NCBI RefSeq assembly: GCF_963921235.1
Contig: NC_086097.1
Coordinates: 174,594,001 to 174,658,000, forward strand
Reading direction: 5' to 3'
DNA from: Mobula hypostoma
Taxonomy: Eukaryota
DNA length: 64,000 bases
The translations under genes and the position numbers were made by a program. Below are positions 38,092 to 51,000 of this stretch, one piece after another (the first letter of the stretch is position 1; each line of letters opens with the position of its first letter). A model generated the notes under the pieces. It did no database searches. It was given only the letters and a program-made list of their open reading frames with translations, and was not told where the DNA came from.

Positions 38092-38168
38092 ACATTTAGC
38101 TGCGTAAACGTTGTCTGTATCAATAAGGGACACTTGGAGATACAGACAACGTTTACACTGGTAAATGT
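38092..38168. repeat. inverted repeat / pre-miRNA-like hairpin
   Basis: perfect 18-bp arms GTAAACGTTGTCTGTATC (38104-38121) / GATACAGACAACGTTTAC (38139-38156), 17-nt loop, extended by ACATTTA/TAAATGT. Confidence 0.85.
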
Positions 38169-38352
38169 CTTTTCCTTGTAGTGTTTAGGTCCTAAGTAGA
38201 AGTCAAAGGAACCAGCAAGTTAGTGGCTTCATTTTGATTAATTATAGTAATCACCTTCTGTTAATTAGTATGTAATAAGATTCTAACATGATGATTAAGC
38301 CTGTACAAGGTTGTAGAGCAACTTGGGAATTCTTGTTCAAAATTGTTACATT

Positions 38353-38387
38353 TCCTGACGAAGGGTCTCGGCCTGAAACGTCGACTG
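38353..38387 (+). ncRNA. minimal type I hammerhead ribozyme motif (Penelope pLTR-derived; fragment extends to ~38447)
   Basis: intact core CTGACGA-AGGGTCTCGGCCT-GAAAC-GTC-GACTG; 5' strand of stem I truncated. Confidence 0.7.
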
Positions 38388-39304
38388 TACCTCTTCCTAG
38401 AGATGCTGCCTGGCCTGCTGCGTTCACCAGCAACTTTGATGTGTGTTCCAATCTTTAAGTCATGTCTCAAGTTGCTTGTCGTCAGTATTACAACATGTTC
38501 TTTTTTACACAATTGTACTTGAATGAATCAATACTATTATTTCAACCAATGTCTTAGAGAACTGATCAATAATTGTGTTTTTCCTGAAATAATGGACTAT
38601 ATTTTCATCTGATGCTCAGTTGTGGGACGGTGGAGAGGTGGTTGTTATAAGGTCAAGAGCCCATAATATTGAGTTTCCTAAATTTCCGCAGTATTGGCTT
38701 CATTCCTCCTCTCAATAATATATTGCCAAGTTCTTTTTCAGTGGTTGTGTAATTGACAAGTTGAAGACCCAGGAGTTTGGTGGTGGATGTAAAGACCTGC
38801 TTTACAAAGCTGAAATCCTGACATTAAGAGTGAGGGGTACAGTGGGAGAATGAGAGCATGGGGGCAGGAATGAAGTCCAGTTTTGGAATGTGAGTTGAAT
38901 TTTGTATCTGGCACCAATGAGGGCAAAGATGGCTATCTGATTTGGGGGTGGAAGAGATAATAGGAGAGGGTGTCATCTGCAGTTTGCTCAGCCTGGAGTG
39001 AAAACCTCTGCACTTCTTGGCCACAGGCTGTGTTCAGCTTCTGGATTTTTAGTCCAATATGAGTTGAGAATTGAACGATTATTCAAGTGCAGGTGGACAG
39101 CCTTATAATATTTAACTGATGAACCTACTCCCATTATCAAATTTGTCTGTACTTTCTCTATTAAAATATGTGTTGGTTGGGCTTAAAGAAGCTTGAACTT
39201 CTGTTTCAGCAACTTTAAGAGTTAATATTTAGTTTAATGTTTGTTGAATGGGAAAAAATGAAACAGCTTATCATGGCCAGCTTAACTAAAAATCCAACAA
39301 GGGC

Positions 39305-39420
39305 ATTGTGGTTAACACAACACCTTATCGTACAGGCGACAATACAGCATACTTACCTCCTTTAAGGAGTTTGTACATTCTCCCTGTAACCGCATGGGTT
39401 TTCTTTGGGTGCTTCCTTTT
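39305..39420 (+). mobile_element. V-SINE (HE1-like) 5' fragment
   Basis: tRNA-like head plus GGAGTTTGTACATTCTCCCTGT..CGCATGGGTTTTC V-domain. Confidence 0.65.
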
Positions 39421-39442
39421 CCTGGAAAAGGGAAAGGGACAC

Positions 39443-40586
39443 TTTTTTAAAGAAAGGGGCTTCCCTTCCTCCACCATCAACTCTACTCTCAAACGCATCT
39501 CCCCCATTTCACACACATCTGCTCTTACTCCATCCTCCGGCCACCCCACTAGGAATAGGGTTCCCCTTGTCCTCACCTACTACCCCACCAGACTCCGGGT
39601 CCAACATATAATTCTCCAAACTTCTGCCACCTCCAACGGGATCCCACCACCAAGCACATCTTTCTCTGCCCCCTTCTGGCTGCTTTTCGCAGGGATCACT
39701 CCCTACGTGACTCCCTTGTCCATTTGTCCCCCCATCCCTTCCCACCGATCTCTGTCCCGGCACTTATCCTTGTAAGCGGAACAAGTGCTACACATGCCCT
39801 TACACCTCCTCCCTCACCACCATTCAGGGCCCCAGACAGTCTTTCCAGGTGAGGCGACACTTCACCTGTGAGTCAGCTGGGTTGATATACTGCGTCCGGT
39901 GCTCCCGGTGTGGCCTTTTATATATTGGAGAGACACAACGCAGGCTGGGAGACCGTTTCGCTGAACACCTATGCTCTGTCCGCCAGAGAAAGTAGGATCT
40001 CCCAGTGGCCACACATTTTAATTCCACGTCCCATTCCCATTCTGATATGTCTATCCACGGCCTCCTCTACTGTCAAGATGAAGCCACGCTCAGGTTGGAG
40101 GAACAACACCTTATATTCCGTCTGGGTAGCCTCCAACCTGATGGCATGAACATTGACTTCTCTAACTTCCGTTAATGCCCCTCCTCCCCTTCGTACCCCA
40201 TCCTTTATTTATTTATTATTTTTTGTTTTTCCCTTTTTTTTCTCTCTTTTTTCTCCCTCTGTCCCTCTCACTATAACTCCTTGCCTGCTCTCCATCCACT
40301 GGGCTCCCCTCCCCCTTTCTTTCTTCCAAGGCTTCCCATCCCATGATCCTCTCCCTTCTCCAGCATTGTATCCCTTTTGCCAATCAACTTTCCAGCTCTT
40401 AGCTTCATCCCTCCACCTCCTGTCTTCTCCTATCATTTCGGATCTCCCCCTCCCACTTTCAAATCTCTTACTATCTCTTCTTTCAGTTAGTTCTGATGAA
40501 GGGTATTGGCCTGAAACATTTACTGTACCTCTTCCTATAGATGCTGCCTGGCCTGCTGCATTCACCAGCATTTTTTGTGTGTGTTA
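39443..40586 (+). mobile_element. 5'-truncated Penelope (Neptune-type) element: Cys-rich linker, GIY-YIG, 3' pLTR with hammerhead
   Basis: CKRNKCYTC linker, LIYCVRCSRCGLLYIGET; CTGATGA core at 40493-40499. Confidence 0.9.
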
Positions 40587-40893
40587 CTCAATAGTGTATT
40601 ACAATAGTGATAGCTCAGGTAATGATGCAATTAAGTTGTGTTTATTCCTGTACTTATTAAATCTATAACATTTAAAATGCACTATTTGAGTACCAGTAAT
40701 GATTCTCAATGGTTAACACTGTTATATCATTTGATAATATGCACTTGAATTACACTGTAATTCTGATGTGAGTATCTTAATAACTATATTGAACAGCATA
40801 TTGTAGAATCAGGGAGGGTGTATTCTGAACTTCACATGCGTATTTTAAACATTTTTGAATGTAGACAATTTAATAGAGATGACCTGAATATAT

Positions 40894-40955
40894 CTGTAAA
40901 CAACAGGAATTCTGCAGATGTTGGAAATTCAAGCAACACATCAAAGTTGCTGGTC
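40894..40955 (-). mobile_element. 62-bp Penelope pLTR extreme-end insertion
   Basis: 12-bp TSD ACCTGAATATAT at 40882-40893 and 40956-40967. Confidence 0.8.
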
Positions 40956-41224
40956 ACCTGAATATATGTCTTTTTTTTGTGATACCTTTGTGCTTGCCTA
41001 ATAAAACTTAAGAAAGTATTTCCCTCACTGGTTGTGCTTTAACATGCATTATTTTATCCTTACAGTAGATGAGTAGAAAAAAAGAATAATTGTTTGTAAC
41101 ATGTAAATGTACATATTTTCTGTTTATGCATTGCAATCCAATATTTTTAATCAGTGTGAAAATTAGTGGTAAATTTATTGAACCAGTAAAATAGAAAGTT
41201 AATTCTTTCAACATGTTGATTGTG

Positions 41225-41420
41225 AGGTGAAGTTCATTGTTAATGACTTGTAATTGAAAGCTTTCATTAAATTTGCTGGCCCTGGGTATGTGTACAATCC
41301 TGTTTTTCTTTTTTACCTTCAAATGATTATTATATTGCTGCCATGGGTGTTTGTTGCGAGCAAATTGGCTGTTGCATTTCCGAAGTATTGTGAATCACGA
41401 GTAGAATATCTTCACTGTCA
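41225..41420 (+). mobile_element. ancient Deu-domain SINE (SacSINE/AmnSINE-like) remnant
   Basis: ATTATATTGCTG..TGGG....TGTTGCGAGCAAATTGGCTGTTGCATTTCC resembles the Deu core as I recall it. Confidence 0.55.
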
Positions 41421-41469
41421 AGCCCAAATAAATCATCAGCATGTAATGTGGATGTCTCTATCAAGGCTA

Positions 41470-41762
41470 GTATTTATTTATTTAGCACTATAGCGCAGAG
41501 TGGCCCTTCCAGCCCTTTAAGCAGCGCTGCCCCAGTTACCCCCAACAATGCCAATTTAACCCTAACCTAACCACAGGACATAATGAGCAATGAACATAAC
41601 TGACACCTCTTTGGACTGTGGGAGGAAATATGAGCACCTGGGGAAAGCATGCATTCCAAGGGGAGGATGTACAGACTCCCTGCAGAGGATGCCAGGATTG
41701 AACACTGAACTCCAACTGCCCTAACCTGTAATAGTGTTGTGCTAACCGCTGCACTACCATGA
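41470..41762 (-). mobile_element. near-complete V-SINE (HE1-like)
   Basis: minus strand head TGGTAGTGCAGCGGTTAGCAC, V-domain ...TCCTCCCACAGTCCAAAGA, CR1-like tail, (TAAA)n end. Confidence 0.8.
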
Positions 41763-42019
41763 CATCTTGTTCTTCATCTCTCGTTCCTGGGGTGAGTGGC
41801 TTACTTAGGTATTTCAGACTGAGCTATTACTTATTTTGCCAGCCCCTGTGTGCTGAAAAACTGCTGGAAAAAATCAGAAGTAAAATTTCTTCACAGGATC
41901 CTTCTTTATTTTTTGTTTCCACCACTCCTTGTGGTAACAAGGACTGTATTCTAAATATTCATTTGATTTTGCATGTTATGTTCACCAATGAAGCTCAAAA
42001 CTATTAATGCAAGTGCTAA

Positions 42020-42212
42020 TTTCCCCTCCCTCCAATTTCTTATTCTGACTTCTCCCCTTTCTTTCCCAATCCTGATGAAGGTTCTTGGTCTGAAGAAGCA
42101 TTGTCTGTTTATTCCTCTCCGTAGATACTGCTTGACCTGCTGAGTTCCTTCAGCACTGTGTGTGTGTGTTGCTTTGGATTTCCAGCATCTGCTGAATCTC
42201 CAGTGCTTTTGA
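42020..42212 (+). mobile_element. Penelope pLTR fragment with hammerhead remnant
   Basis: CAATC-CTGATGA (42072-42078) followed by pLTR end GGATTTCCAGCATCTGC. Confidence 0.8.
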
Positions 42213-42954
42213 TAGCCATTATTAAAACTCAGTGATAACAATATAAACCAATAGCACTAGAAACTGTTGAATGTGGACCAGTTGTTCTCCTGGATGATAA
42301 AGGAGTACAGAAAGGCCATGTCTGAGATTCAACATACAGTATTTTTTCTGAATATGTGTATAATAAGCATAAGGTAAATAAGAAATGGAGGTAAATCTCA
42401 GACAATGAAACATTTGAGTATTTTAACTTTGACTGATCTCCCTCTTGTCAGAATTTTCAAAGTTTATCATTTGTTCTATTTCCTTTGGAGAATTTGTGAT
42501 AAAATTCAAGAACATACATGTTTGCAAATCTGAAGACAGAGATGTAAAAAAAAATCTGTGTGTGACATGCAAAATGAGAGGTGCATTGCAAATAATGGCT
42601 CAGAACTGAGAATTTTAAGCTGATCTATCTGTTCCTCTGCCTCAGTTCTGGATGTTCCTTCATTTGGAGTCTGCAAACTGTCATTCTTGAAAGCATTTAT
42701 GAGCAAAGATGATGTTCACTTAGCATCTCTCTCATCTCTAGAGCACATTATTTCAAATGAAATTTAAAAATGTTATTTCGTTTAATATTCTCCTAAATTA
42801 ATCTGAAGTACAACTCCTGGATACCAGGCAATTTTGATGTCTTCACCTTTAATGTGTGAGTTGATACAGTCAGTGCCAACAGCTAATTATTTTTAACCTC
42901 TCATACCTGAACCCAGTTCCATTGTTACTTATACACAGTTGAATGAATAAATAG

Positions 42955-43129
42955 CAACAGTTGATGTTTCAGGCCGATACCCTTCACCAGGACTCTTGAA
43001 TCATGCTGAAGGGTCTCGGCCCAAAACATCGTCTGTATTCTTTTCCATAGATGCTGCCTGGCCTGCTGAGTTCCTCCAACATTTTGTATATGTTACTTGG
43101 ATTTCCAACATCTGCAAATTTTCTCTTGT
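42955..43129 (+). mobile_element. 175-bp Penelope-derived insertion: inverted hammerhead plus direct hammerhead/pLTR end
   Basis: 16-bp duplication TTGAATGAATAAATAG at 42939-42954 and 43130-43145; inverted copy 42957-42994. Confidence 0.85.
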
Positions 43130-44019
43130 TTGAATGAATAAATAGGTAACTTTCATTAAATTCTTAGTTTATTTTTACTGTCGTCTTAGCTTCAGGTTTC
43201 ACAGACAATTTCATTGCTTCTGATTCCACCTGGCAGAAATCAGTTAATTCAACACAGACTGATGTTTGACCTCAAGGCTTTCCCATCCTCTTCGCTTCAG
43301 CAACACATAATACAACCTGCTTAGTAACAAAGCCATCAACTTGTGTGTATGTTAATTGTCTGCAGGGACAGGGTAAATTGAATTTGTCTGTCCAGAGTCT
43401 TGTGGCCAAGCAGTTCACCAACTGGTGTTGTCTAGTGGGATATTTATGTATTTTTGTTCAGCATTTGTTTTTCATCTACTGCACAGACTTGTGTTTGGCA
43501 AACTGTGATCATTTTTGTCTTTGCAAATGCATCTAAAAGCAGTCTGGCTATGTATATGAGGCAACATGAGATTTTCCAGATTGACATTTAGTTGGAATTC
43601 CAAAGGAACCAAGCATTTTTAGGTCCCATCAAAGGCACCAGATCCTGGAAGTCTGAAATAAAAGCAGAAAATGATGGAAATACTTAGCATCTTTGGAGAG
43701 AGAAACTGATTTATTGTTTCAGGTTGATGAGATTTCATCAGAACAGAGAATAGTTAGAAAATAAGCATGAGAAATGGAGTGGGGGTGTAGAGAGAATAAA
43801 AGGAACCCTGTAAAAATGTAGAGATTGACGCAAGTGTTTCTGGAGAGAATGGTGAAGACTTGCTAACCACAGCTGATTTGTCCAGAGGGGATGTGTGTAA
43901 AAGAACAAAAGACGATAACAAGTATAAGAAATTATAGGCCATTTAGCCACTCAAGCCTTCTTTGCTGTTCAACAAGATCATGGAAAGACTTCAACTCAAC
44001 ACCATTGATCAATCATTAC

Positions 44020-44272
44020 ACACTAAATTTTTATGTCTCCATGTAAGACATTGGTGAGGCTACACTTGAAGTACTGTATACCATTTTGGTCACTCTCTTA
44101 TAAGGAAGATGTTTCTAAGCTGGAAAGGGTGCAGAAAAAAATGACCAGAATGTTGCCTGGATTTAGGAGCCTGAGATACAAAAGAGGTTTTGTAGACTAG
44201 GACTTTATTCCCTGGAATATAAGAGATTGAGGAAGTGAACCTGACAGAGGTGTATAATGTCTTGAGTGGCAT
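44020..44272 (+). mobile_element. CR1 ORF2 C-terminal fragment
   Basis: KTLVRLHLKYCIPFWS...KLERVQKKMTRMLPG. Confidence 0.75.
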
Positions 44273-44274
44273 AA

Positions 44275-46140
44275 AAGAAGACCGCCATATCAAGCGGGCG
44301 GCGGGGTGAGAGGGCTTTGGCTCAACGGGCTTCGGTGGTAACGAGGCGTGGTGGGTTTACCTGTGTTATTGCGGAAAGGAAGTATGTGTGTGAGGCCGGT
44401 ATTCTGTGCTTGGTGTCAGATGTGGGAAGTCCTGGAGTCTCCCAGCCTCCCGGACAGCCATATCTGCACCCAGTGTGTCGGCTGCAGCTCCTAAGGGACC
44501 GTGTTAAGGAACTGGTTTTGTAGCTCGATGATCTTTGATCAGGGAGAGAGAGGAGGTGATAGAAAGGAGTTATAGGGAGGTGGTCACACCAGGGCCACGG
44601 GAGACAGACAAGTGGGTAACAGTCAAGAGAGGGAAGGGGAAGAGTCAGGTACTAGAGAGTATCCCTGTGGCTGTCCCCTGAACAATAAGTACTCCTGTTT
44701 GAGTACTGTTGGGGGGGGACAGCCTACCTGGGGGAAGCAACAGTGGCCACGGCAGAAGGGTAGGGAAAGGAAGAGAAAGGCAGTAGTAATAGGGGACTCT
44801 ATAGTTAGGGGGTCAGACAGGCGATATCCTGCAGTGGGAGGGAGAATAGCCAGAGGTCATGGTACATATTGGTACCAATGACATAAGCAGGAAAAGGGAA
44901 GAGGTCCTGAAAACAGACTATAGGGAGTTAGGAAGGAAGTTGAAAAGCAGGACCGCCAAAGTAGTAATCTCGGGATTACTGCCTGTGACACGCGACAGTG
45001 AGTATAGGAGTAGAATGAGGTGGAGGATAAATGTGTGGCTGAGGAATTGGAGCAGGGGGCAGGGATTCAGATTTCTGGATCATTGGGACCTCTTTTGGGG
45101 CAGGTGTGACTTGTACAAAAAGGACGGGTTGCACTTGAATCCCAGGGGGACCAATATCCTGGTGGGGAGGTTTGCTAAGGCTACTGGGCAGAGTTTAAAC
45201 TAGAATTGTTGGGAGGTGGGAACCAAACTGAAGAGACTGGGGAAGAGGAGGTTGGCTCACAAATAGAGAAAGCTTGGAGACAGTATGAGAGGGAGGATAG
45301 GCAGGTGATAAAGAAGGGATGCAGTCAGATCAATGGTTTGAGATGTGTCTATTTTAATGCAAGGAGTATTGTGAACAAAGCGGATGAGCTTAGATCGTGG
45401 ATCAGTACTTGGAGCTATGGCGTGGTGGCCATTACGGAGACTTGGATGGCTCAGGGACAGGAAAGGTTACTTCAAGTGCCGGGTTTTAGATGCTTCAGAA
45501 AGGACAGGGAGGGAGGCAGAAGAGGTGGGGGCATGGTACTGTTGATCAGAGATAATGTCACGGCTGCAGAAAAGGTGGACGTCATGGAGGGATTATCTAC
45601 AGTGTCTCTGTGGGTGGAAATAAGGAACAGTAAGGGGTCAATAACTGTACTGGGTGTTTTTTATAGGCCACCCAATAGTAACAGAGATATCGGGGAGCAG
45701 ATAGGGAAACAGATCCTGGAAAGGTGTAATAATAACAGAGTTGTCATGGTGGGAGATATTAATTTCCCAAATATCGATTGGCATCTCCCTGGAGCAAGGG
45801 GTTTAGATGGGGTGGAGTTTGCTAGGTGTGTTCAGGAGGTTTCTTGACACAATATGTAGATAAGCCTACAAGCGGAGAGGCTGTACTTGATTTGGTGTTG
45901 GGAAATGAACCTGGCCAAGTGTCAGATCTCTCAGTGGGAGAGCATTTTGGAGATAGTGATCAAAATTCTATCTCCTTTACAATAGCATTGGAGAGAGATA
46001 GGAACAGACAAGTTAGAAAAGTGTTTAATTGGAGTAAGGGGAATTATGAGGCTATCAGGCAGGATCTTGGAAGCTTAAATTGGGAACAGATGATCTCAGG
46101 GAAAGGTACGGAAGAAATGTGGCAAATGTTCAGGGGAAAC
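44275..46140 (+). mobile_element. CR1 5' portion: ORF1 (Zn finger, SGNH esterase) and ORF2 APE endonuclease, 3'-truncated
   Basis: C..CQMWEV, AVVIGDSIVRG, VHIGTNDI, DGLHLN; YFNARSI, AITETW, YRPPNS, GDINFP, GDSD. Confidence 0.92.
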
Positions 46141-46599
46141 TGTAAGGAAGATATTGATCCAGTTTTTCTGATTTTTGGCCTTGCGTTGGTTCAATATTTG
46201 TGTGGCATCTCTCATTATTATAAAATTGCATTGCATTTCTCAAGTTAGAAATGTCAGAGAGGGTATTTCAAGATGCCAGAGAGAGTATCTTGTTCCAATT
46301 TTTATTGAGTTATGCAAAGACACACATAGCTCCTCCACTATGTATGGATGCCTGAATTTGGTGGCAAATGTGGACCTTTTTTGGTGATTTTCCAGGACAA
46401 AAATCAACTGAACCTGCACCTAAGTTAATAAGACCACAAGACATAGGAGAAGAATTATGCCATTCAGCCCATCAAATCTCCTTCTTCATTCAATCATGGC
46501 TGATTTATTTTCCCTTCGAAACACATTCACCTGGTCTGAGACAGGGACTTCAGAGTGCTTTGACATTGCTCTATATAGTTCAAACGTAACTTTTCTAAC

Positions 46600-48040
46600 A
46601 TGCCTCGCTGAAGTCCATGTAAACAACATCCACTGCCTTACCTTCATCAAATTTCCTGGTAACTTCCTTGAAAAACTCTATAAGATTGGTTAGACACAAT
46701 CTACCATACATGAAGCCATGCTGACCATCCTAATCAGACCATGTCTATCCAAATTTTCGTATATCTGTTCCCTTTGAATACTCTTCACTAACTTTCCCAC
46801 AGCTGATATCAGGCTCACCAGTCTATAATTTTCTAGTTTATTCTTAGAGCCTTTCTTAAACAGTGGAACAATATTAGCTATACTCCAATCCTCCGGTACC
46901 TCAGCTGTCACAAAGAATGATTTAAATATCTCTGCTAGGACCCCTGCAATTTCTGCACCTGCCTTCCACAGGGTTGAGGGAACACCTTGTCACGCCCTGG
47001 GGATTTATCCACCCTAATTTGCCTCAAGTCAGCAAACACATCCTCTACTGTAATCTATATAGGGCCAGTGAAGCCAGTGTTGCTTTGCCTCACTTCTATA
47101 GACTCTGTGTCTGTCTCCTGAGTAAATAGAAATGCAAAGAAATCCATTTAAGATCTCCCCCATCCCCTTTGCCTCCACACATAGATTACAATGATGATCT
47201 TCCAGAGGATCAATTTTGTTCTTTGCAATCCTTTTGCTCTTAACATATCATTGGGATTCATTGGGATTCTCCTTCACCTTGTCTGCTAAGGCAACCTCAT
47301 GCCTTCTTTTAGCCCTCCTGATTTCTTTCTTAAGTGTCCTCATACATTTCTTATACTCCTCAAGTACCTCATTTGTTCCTGCCTGCCTGTACTGCTATGC
47401 ATCTCCTTTCTTCTTAACCAGGACCTCAACACCTCTGGAAAAGAAAGGTTCCCTAAACTGTTTTTCTTTATCTTTTATTCTGACAGGCACATGCAAGCTT
47501 TGTACTCTCAGAATTTCACTTTTGAAAGCCTCTCACTTACCAAGTACCCCTTTGCCAGAAAACAACCTGTCCCGATCCACGCTTGCCAGATCCTTTCAGA
47601 TACCATCAAAATTGTCCTTTCTCCAATTTGGAATCTCAATTCATGGAACAGGCCAATCTTTTTCCATATTTACTATGAAACTGCTGGCATTATGATCACT
47701 AGATGCAAAGTGTATTCAACAAACTTTGTGTACCTACACAAACTTCTGTCACCTGTTCTGACTCATTAATAGCAGATCAAATATTGCACTTCTACGTACT
47801 AATTGTGAAAACTTTCCTGGACACATTTGACAGACTCAATTCCACCTAGTCCTTTTACAGTATGGGACTCCCAGCCAATATGCAGAAAGTTAAAATCACC
47901 TCCAATAACAACCTTATGTTCCTTGCAGCAGTCTGATCTTTGTACAAATTTGCTCCTTGAAATCCTGCGGACTGTTGGATGGGCTGTAACATATCCCCAT
48001 TAATGTGGTCATACTTTTCTTATTCCACCATTCCACTCAT
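46600..48040 (-). mobile_element. CR1 ORF2 fragment (same family as 2720-4988)
   Basis: EVPEDWSIANIVPLFKKG, NYRLVSL; nucleotide similarity to 3840-4990. Confidence 0.85.
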
Positions 48041-48044
48041 AATA

Positions 48045-51000
48045 GGAATGTAATATTTAGGAGCAGAATTAGACCATTCGGCCCATCGAACCTGCTCCGC
48101 CATTTCACACTCAGCCTCAGTCTCTTGCCTTCTCCTCATATTCCTTCATGCCCTGACTAATCAAGAATATAGCAACCTTTGCCTTAAATATAACCAATGG
48201 CTTGGCCTCCACAGCTGCCAGTGGCAAAGAATTCTGCAGATTCACCACTCTTTGGCGAAAGAAATTCCTCCTCATCTCCATTCTAAAAGCACGTCCATCT
48301 ATTCTGACGCTGTATCCTCTGATCTTAGACTCTCCTACATAGGAAACATCCTCTCCACATCCACTCTGTCAAAACCTGTCACCATTTGATAGGTTTCAAT
48401 GAGATCACCTCTCATTCTTCTCAATTCTGGCGAGTTACAGGCCCAGAGCCATTGAACGGTCCTCATATGACAGGCCTTTTAATCCCAGAATCATCGTGAA
48501 CCTCCTATGAACACTCTCCAATGTCAGCAATCCTTTCTTAGATAAGGGGCCCAAAACTGCTCACAGTGCTGCAAATGAGGCCTCACTAGTGCTTTACAAA
48601 GCCTTAAGATTATATCTTTTATATTCTAGGCCTCTCAAAATGAATGCTAACATTTGAGTTGTCTTCCTTGTAACTGCAAATTAACCTTTAGGGAATTCTG
48701 CACGAGGACTCCCGAGTCCCTTTGCACCTCAGAATTTTTAAATTTTCTGCACTTAGAAAATAGTCTGCACTCTTATTTCTTCTACTAAAATGCATGACCA
48801 TATACTTTCCAACATTCTATTCCATCTGTCACTTCTTTGCCCATTCTCCTAATCTGTCTAAGTCCTTCTGTAGCCTCTCTGCTTCCTCAAAACTACTTGT
48901 CCCCCTCCCTGTCTTTGTATTGTCCACAAACTTGGCCACAAAGCCATCAATTCTTTCATCCAAATCATTGACATATAAAGAAGTGGCTCTAACACAAAAC
49001 CCCTGTGGAGCACCACTAGTCACTGGCAGCCAACCAGAAAAGACTGCCTTCATTCCCTCTCTGCCTCCAACCAATCAGCCAATGCTCCATCCATGCGAGT
49101 ATCTTTTCTGTAATACCATTGACTCTTAACTTGTTAAACAGTCTTGTGTGTGGAACCTTGTCAAAAGCCTACTGAAAATCCACTGATTCTCCTTTGTTTA
49201 TCCTGCTTGTATTTTTCTTCAAAGAATTCCAACAGATTTCTCAGGCAGGGTGTTCCCTTTAGGAAACCAGGCTAGCTATGACCTAATTTTATCAGATGCC
49301 ACCAAGTTCCCCGAAACCACATCTTTAACAATCAACTCCAATGTCTTCCCAATCATTGAGGTCAGACTAACTGGTCTATATTTCCTTTTCCTGTGCCTCT
49401 CTCGCCTCTTGAAGAGTGGAGTGATATTTGCAATTTTCCAGTCCTCTGGAACAATGCAAGAATCAAGTGATTCTTGAAAGATCATTATTGCTGCCTTCAC
49501 AAACTCTTCACCCACCTCCTTCAGAATCCTGGGGTGTAGACCGTCTGCTCCAGCTGACTTAGCTCACTTCAAAACTTTCAGTTTCCCAAGAAACTTCTCC
49601 CTAGTAATGGTAACTTCATACACTTCTGCCCCCTGACACCCTTGATCTTTCGGCATATTGCTAGTGTCTATCAAAGTGAAGAATGATGCAAAATACTTAT
49701 TCAGTTCGTCCTCCATTTCCTTGTCTGCCATTACTACCTCTCCAGCATCATTTTCCAGTGGTCCGATATCTACTCTCACCTCTCTTTTACACTTAATACA
49801 TCTGAAGAGATCTCTTGCATCCTCTTTTATATTATTGACTAGCTTACCTTCATATTCCATCTTTTCCTTCTTTATGACTTTTTTAGTTGCCTTCTGTTGG
49901 TTTTTAAAAGCTTCCCAATCCTCAAACTCCCTGCTAGTTTTTGCTCTATTAGGTGCTGTCTTTTTGGCTTTTATGTTGGCTTTGGCTTCTGTTGTTAGCC
50001 ACGATTGTGTCATCTTGCTTTAGAATACCACTTCTTCTTTGGGATATATGTATCCTGCACCTTCCAAATTGCTCCCAGAAATTCCAGCATTACTGTTCTG
50101 CCATCATCCCTGCTGGTGTTCCTTTCCAATCAATTTTGGCCAGCTCCTTACTGATGCCTTTCTAATTCCTTTTATTCCACTGTAATGCTGATACATCAGA
50201 GTTCAGCTGTTCCTTCTCAAAGTTCAGGTGAATTTTATCATATTATCATGTACCCCTAAGGATTCCTTTATCTTAAACTTTCTAATCAATTCTGGTTCAT
50301 TGCACAGCACCAACCCAGAACAGCTGATCCCCTAGTGGGCTTAACTATAAGCTGGTCTAAAAAGCCTTCTTATGGACGTTCTAGAAATTCTTCCTCTTGG
50401 GATCCAGCACCATCCAGATTTTCCCAATTTACCTGCATATTGAAATCCCCCATGACCATTGTAGCATTGCCTTTTTGCCAGTTTCTATCTCCTATTGTAA
50501 TAGGTAGATCACATCTTCACTACTGTTTGGTGAGTGGGGGGGGGGGGTGTCTGTATATAACTCCCATCAGGGTCTTTTTACTCTTGCAGTTCCTTAGCTC
50601 TATCCACAGCGATTCTATACCTTTTGATTCTATGTCACCTCTTTCTAACGATTTGATTTCATTTTTATCAACAGAGCCATGCCACTCCTCTGCTTCCTGC
50701 CTGTCCTTTCGATACAATGTTAACCTTTGATGTTAAGCTCCCAGCTATAATCTTCTTTCAGCTGCAAGTCAGTGACACTCGGAACGTTGTACATGCTAAT
50801 GTGTATCTGTGCTACGTTTATCTACCCTATTCTGTATACTGCGCACATTCAAATGTAACACCTTCAGTCCTGTATTCGCCCTTTTCAATTTTTTCTGCCT
50901 TTTACATTGCAACTGGCCTTGTTAACTGTTGTTCTGCCCTATCGTCAGCCTCTCCTTGGGAGCAGTCTCACTACACATTGTCACTGTTTGTAAACCAACT

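Noticed and set aside
38640..39100. possible decayed LINE fragment
   Set aside because: No motif I can assign with confidence
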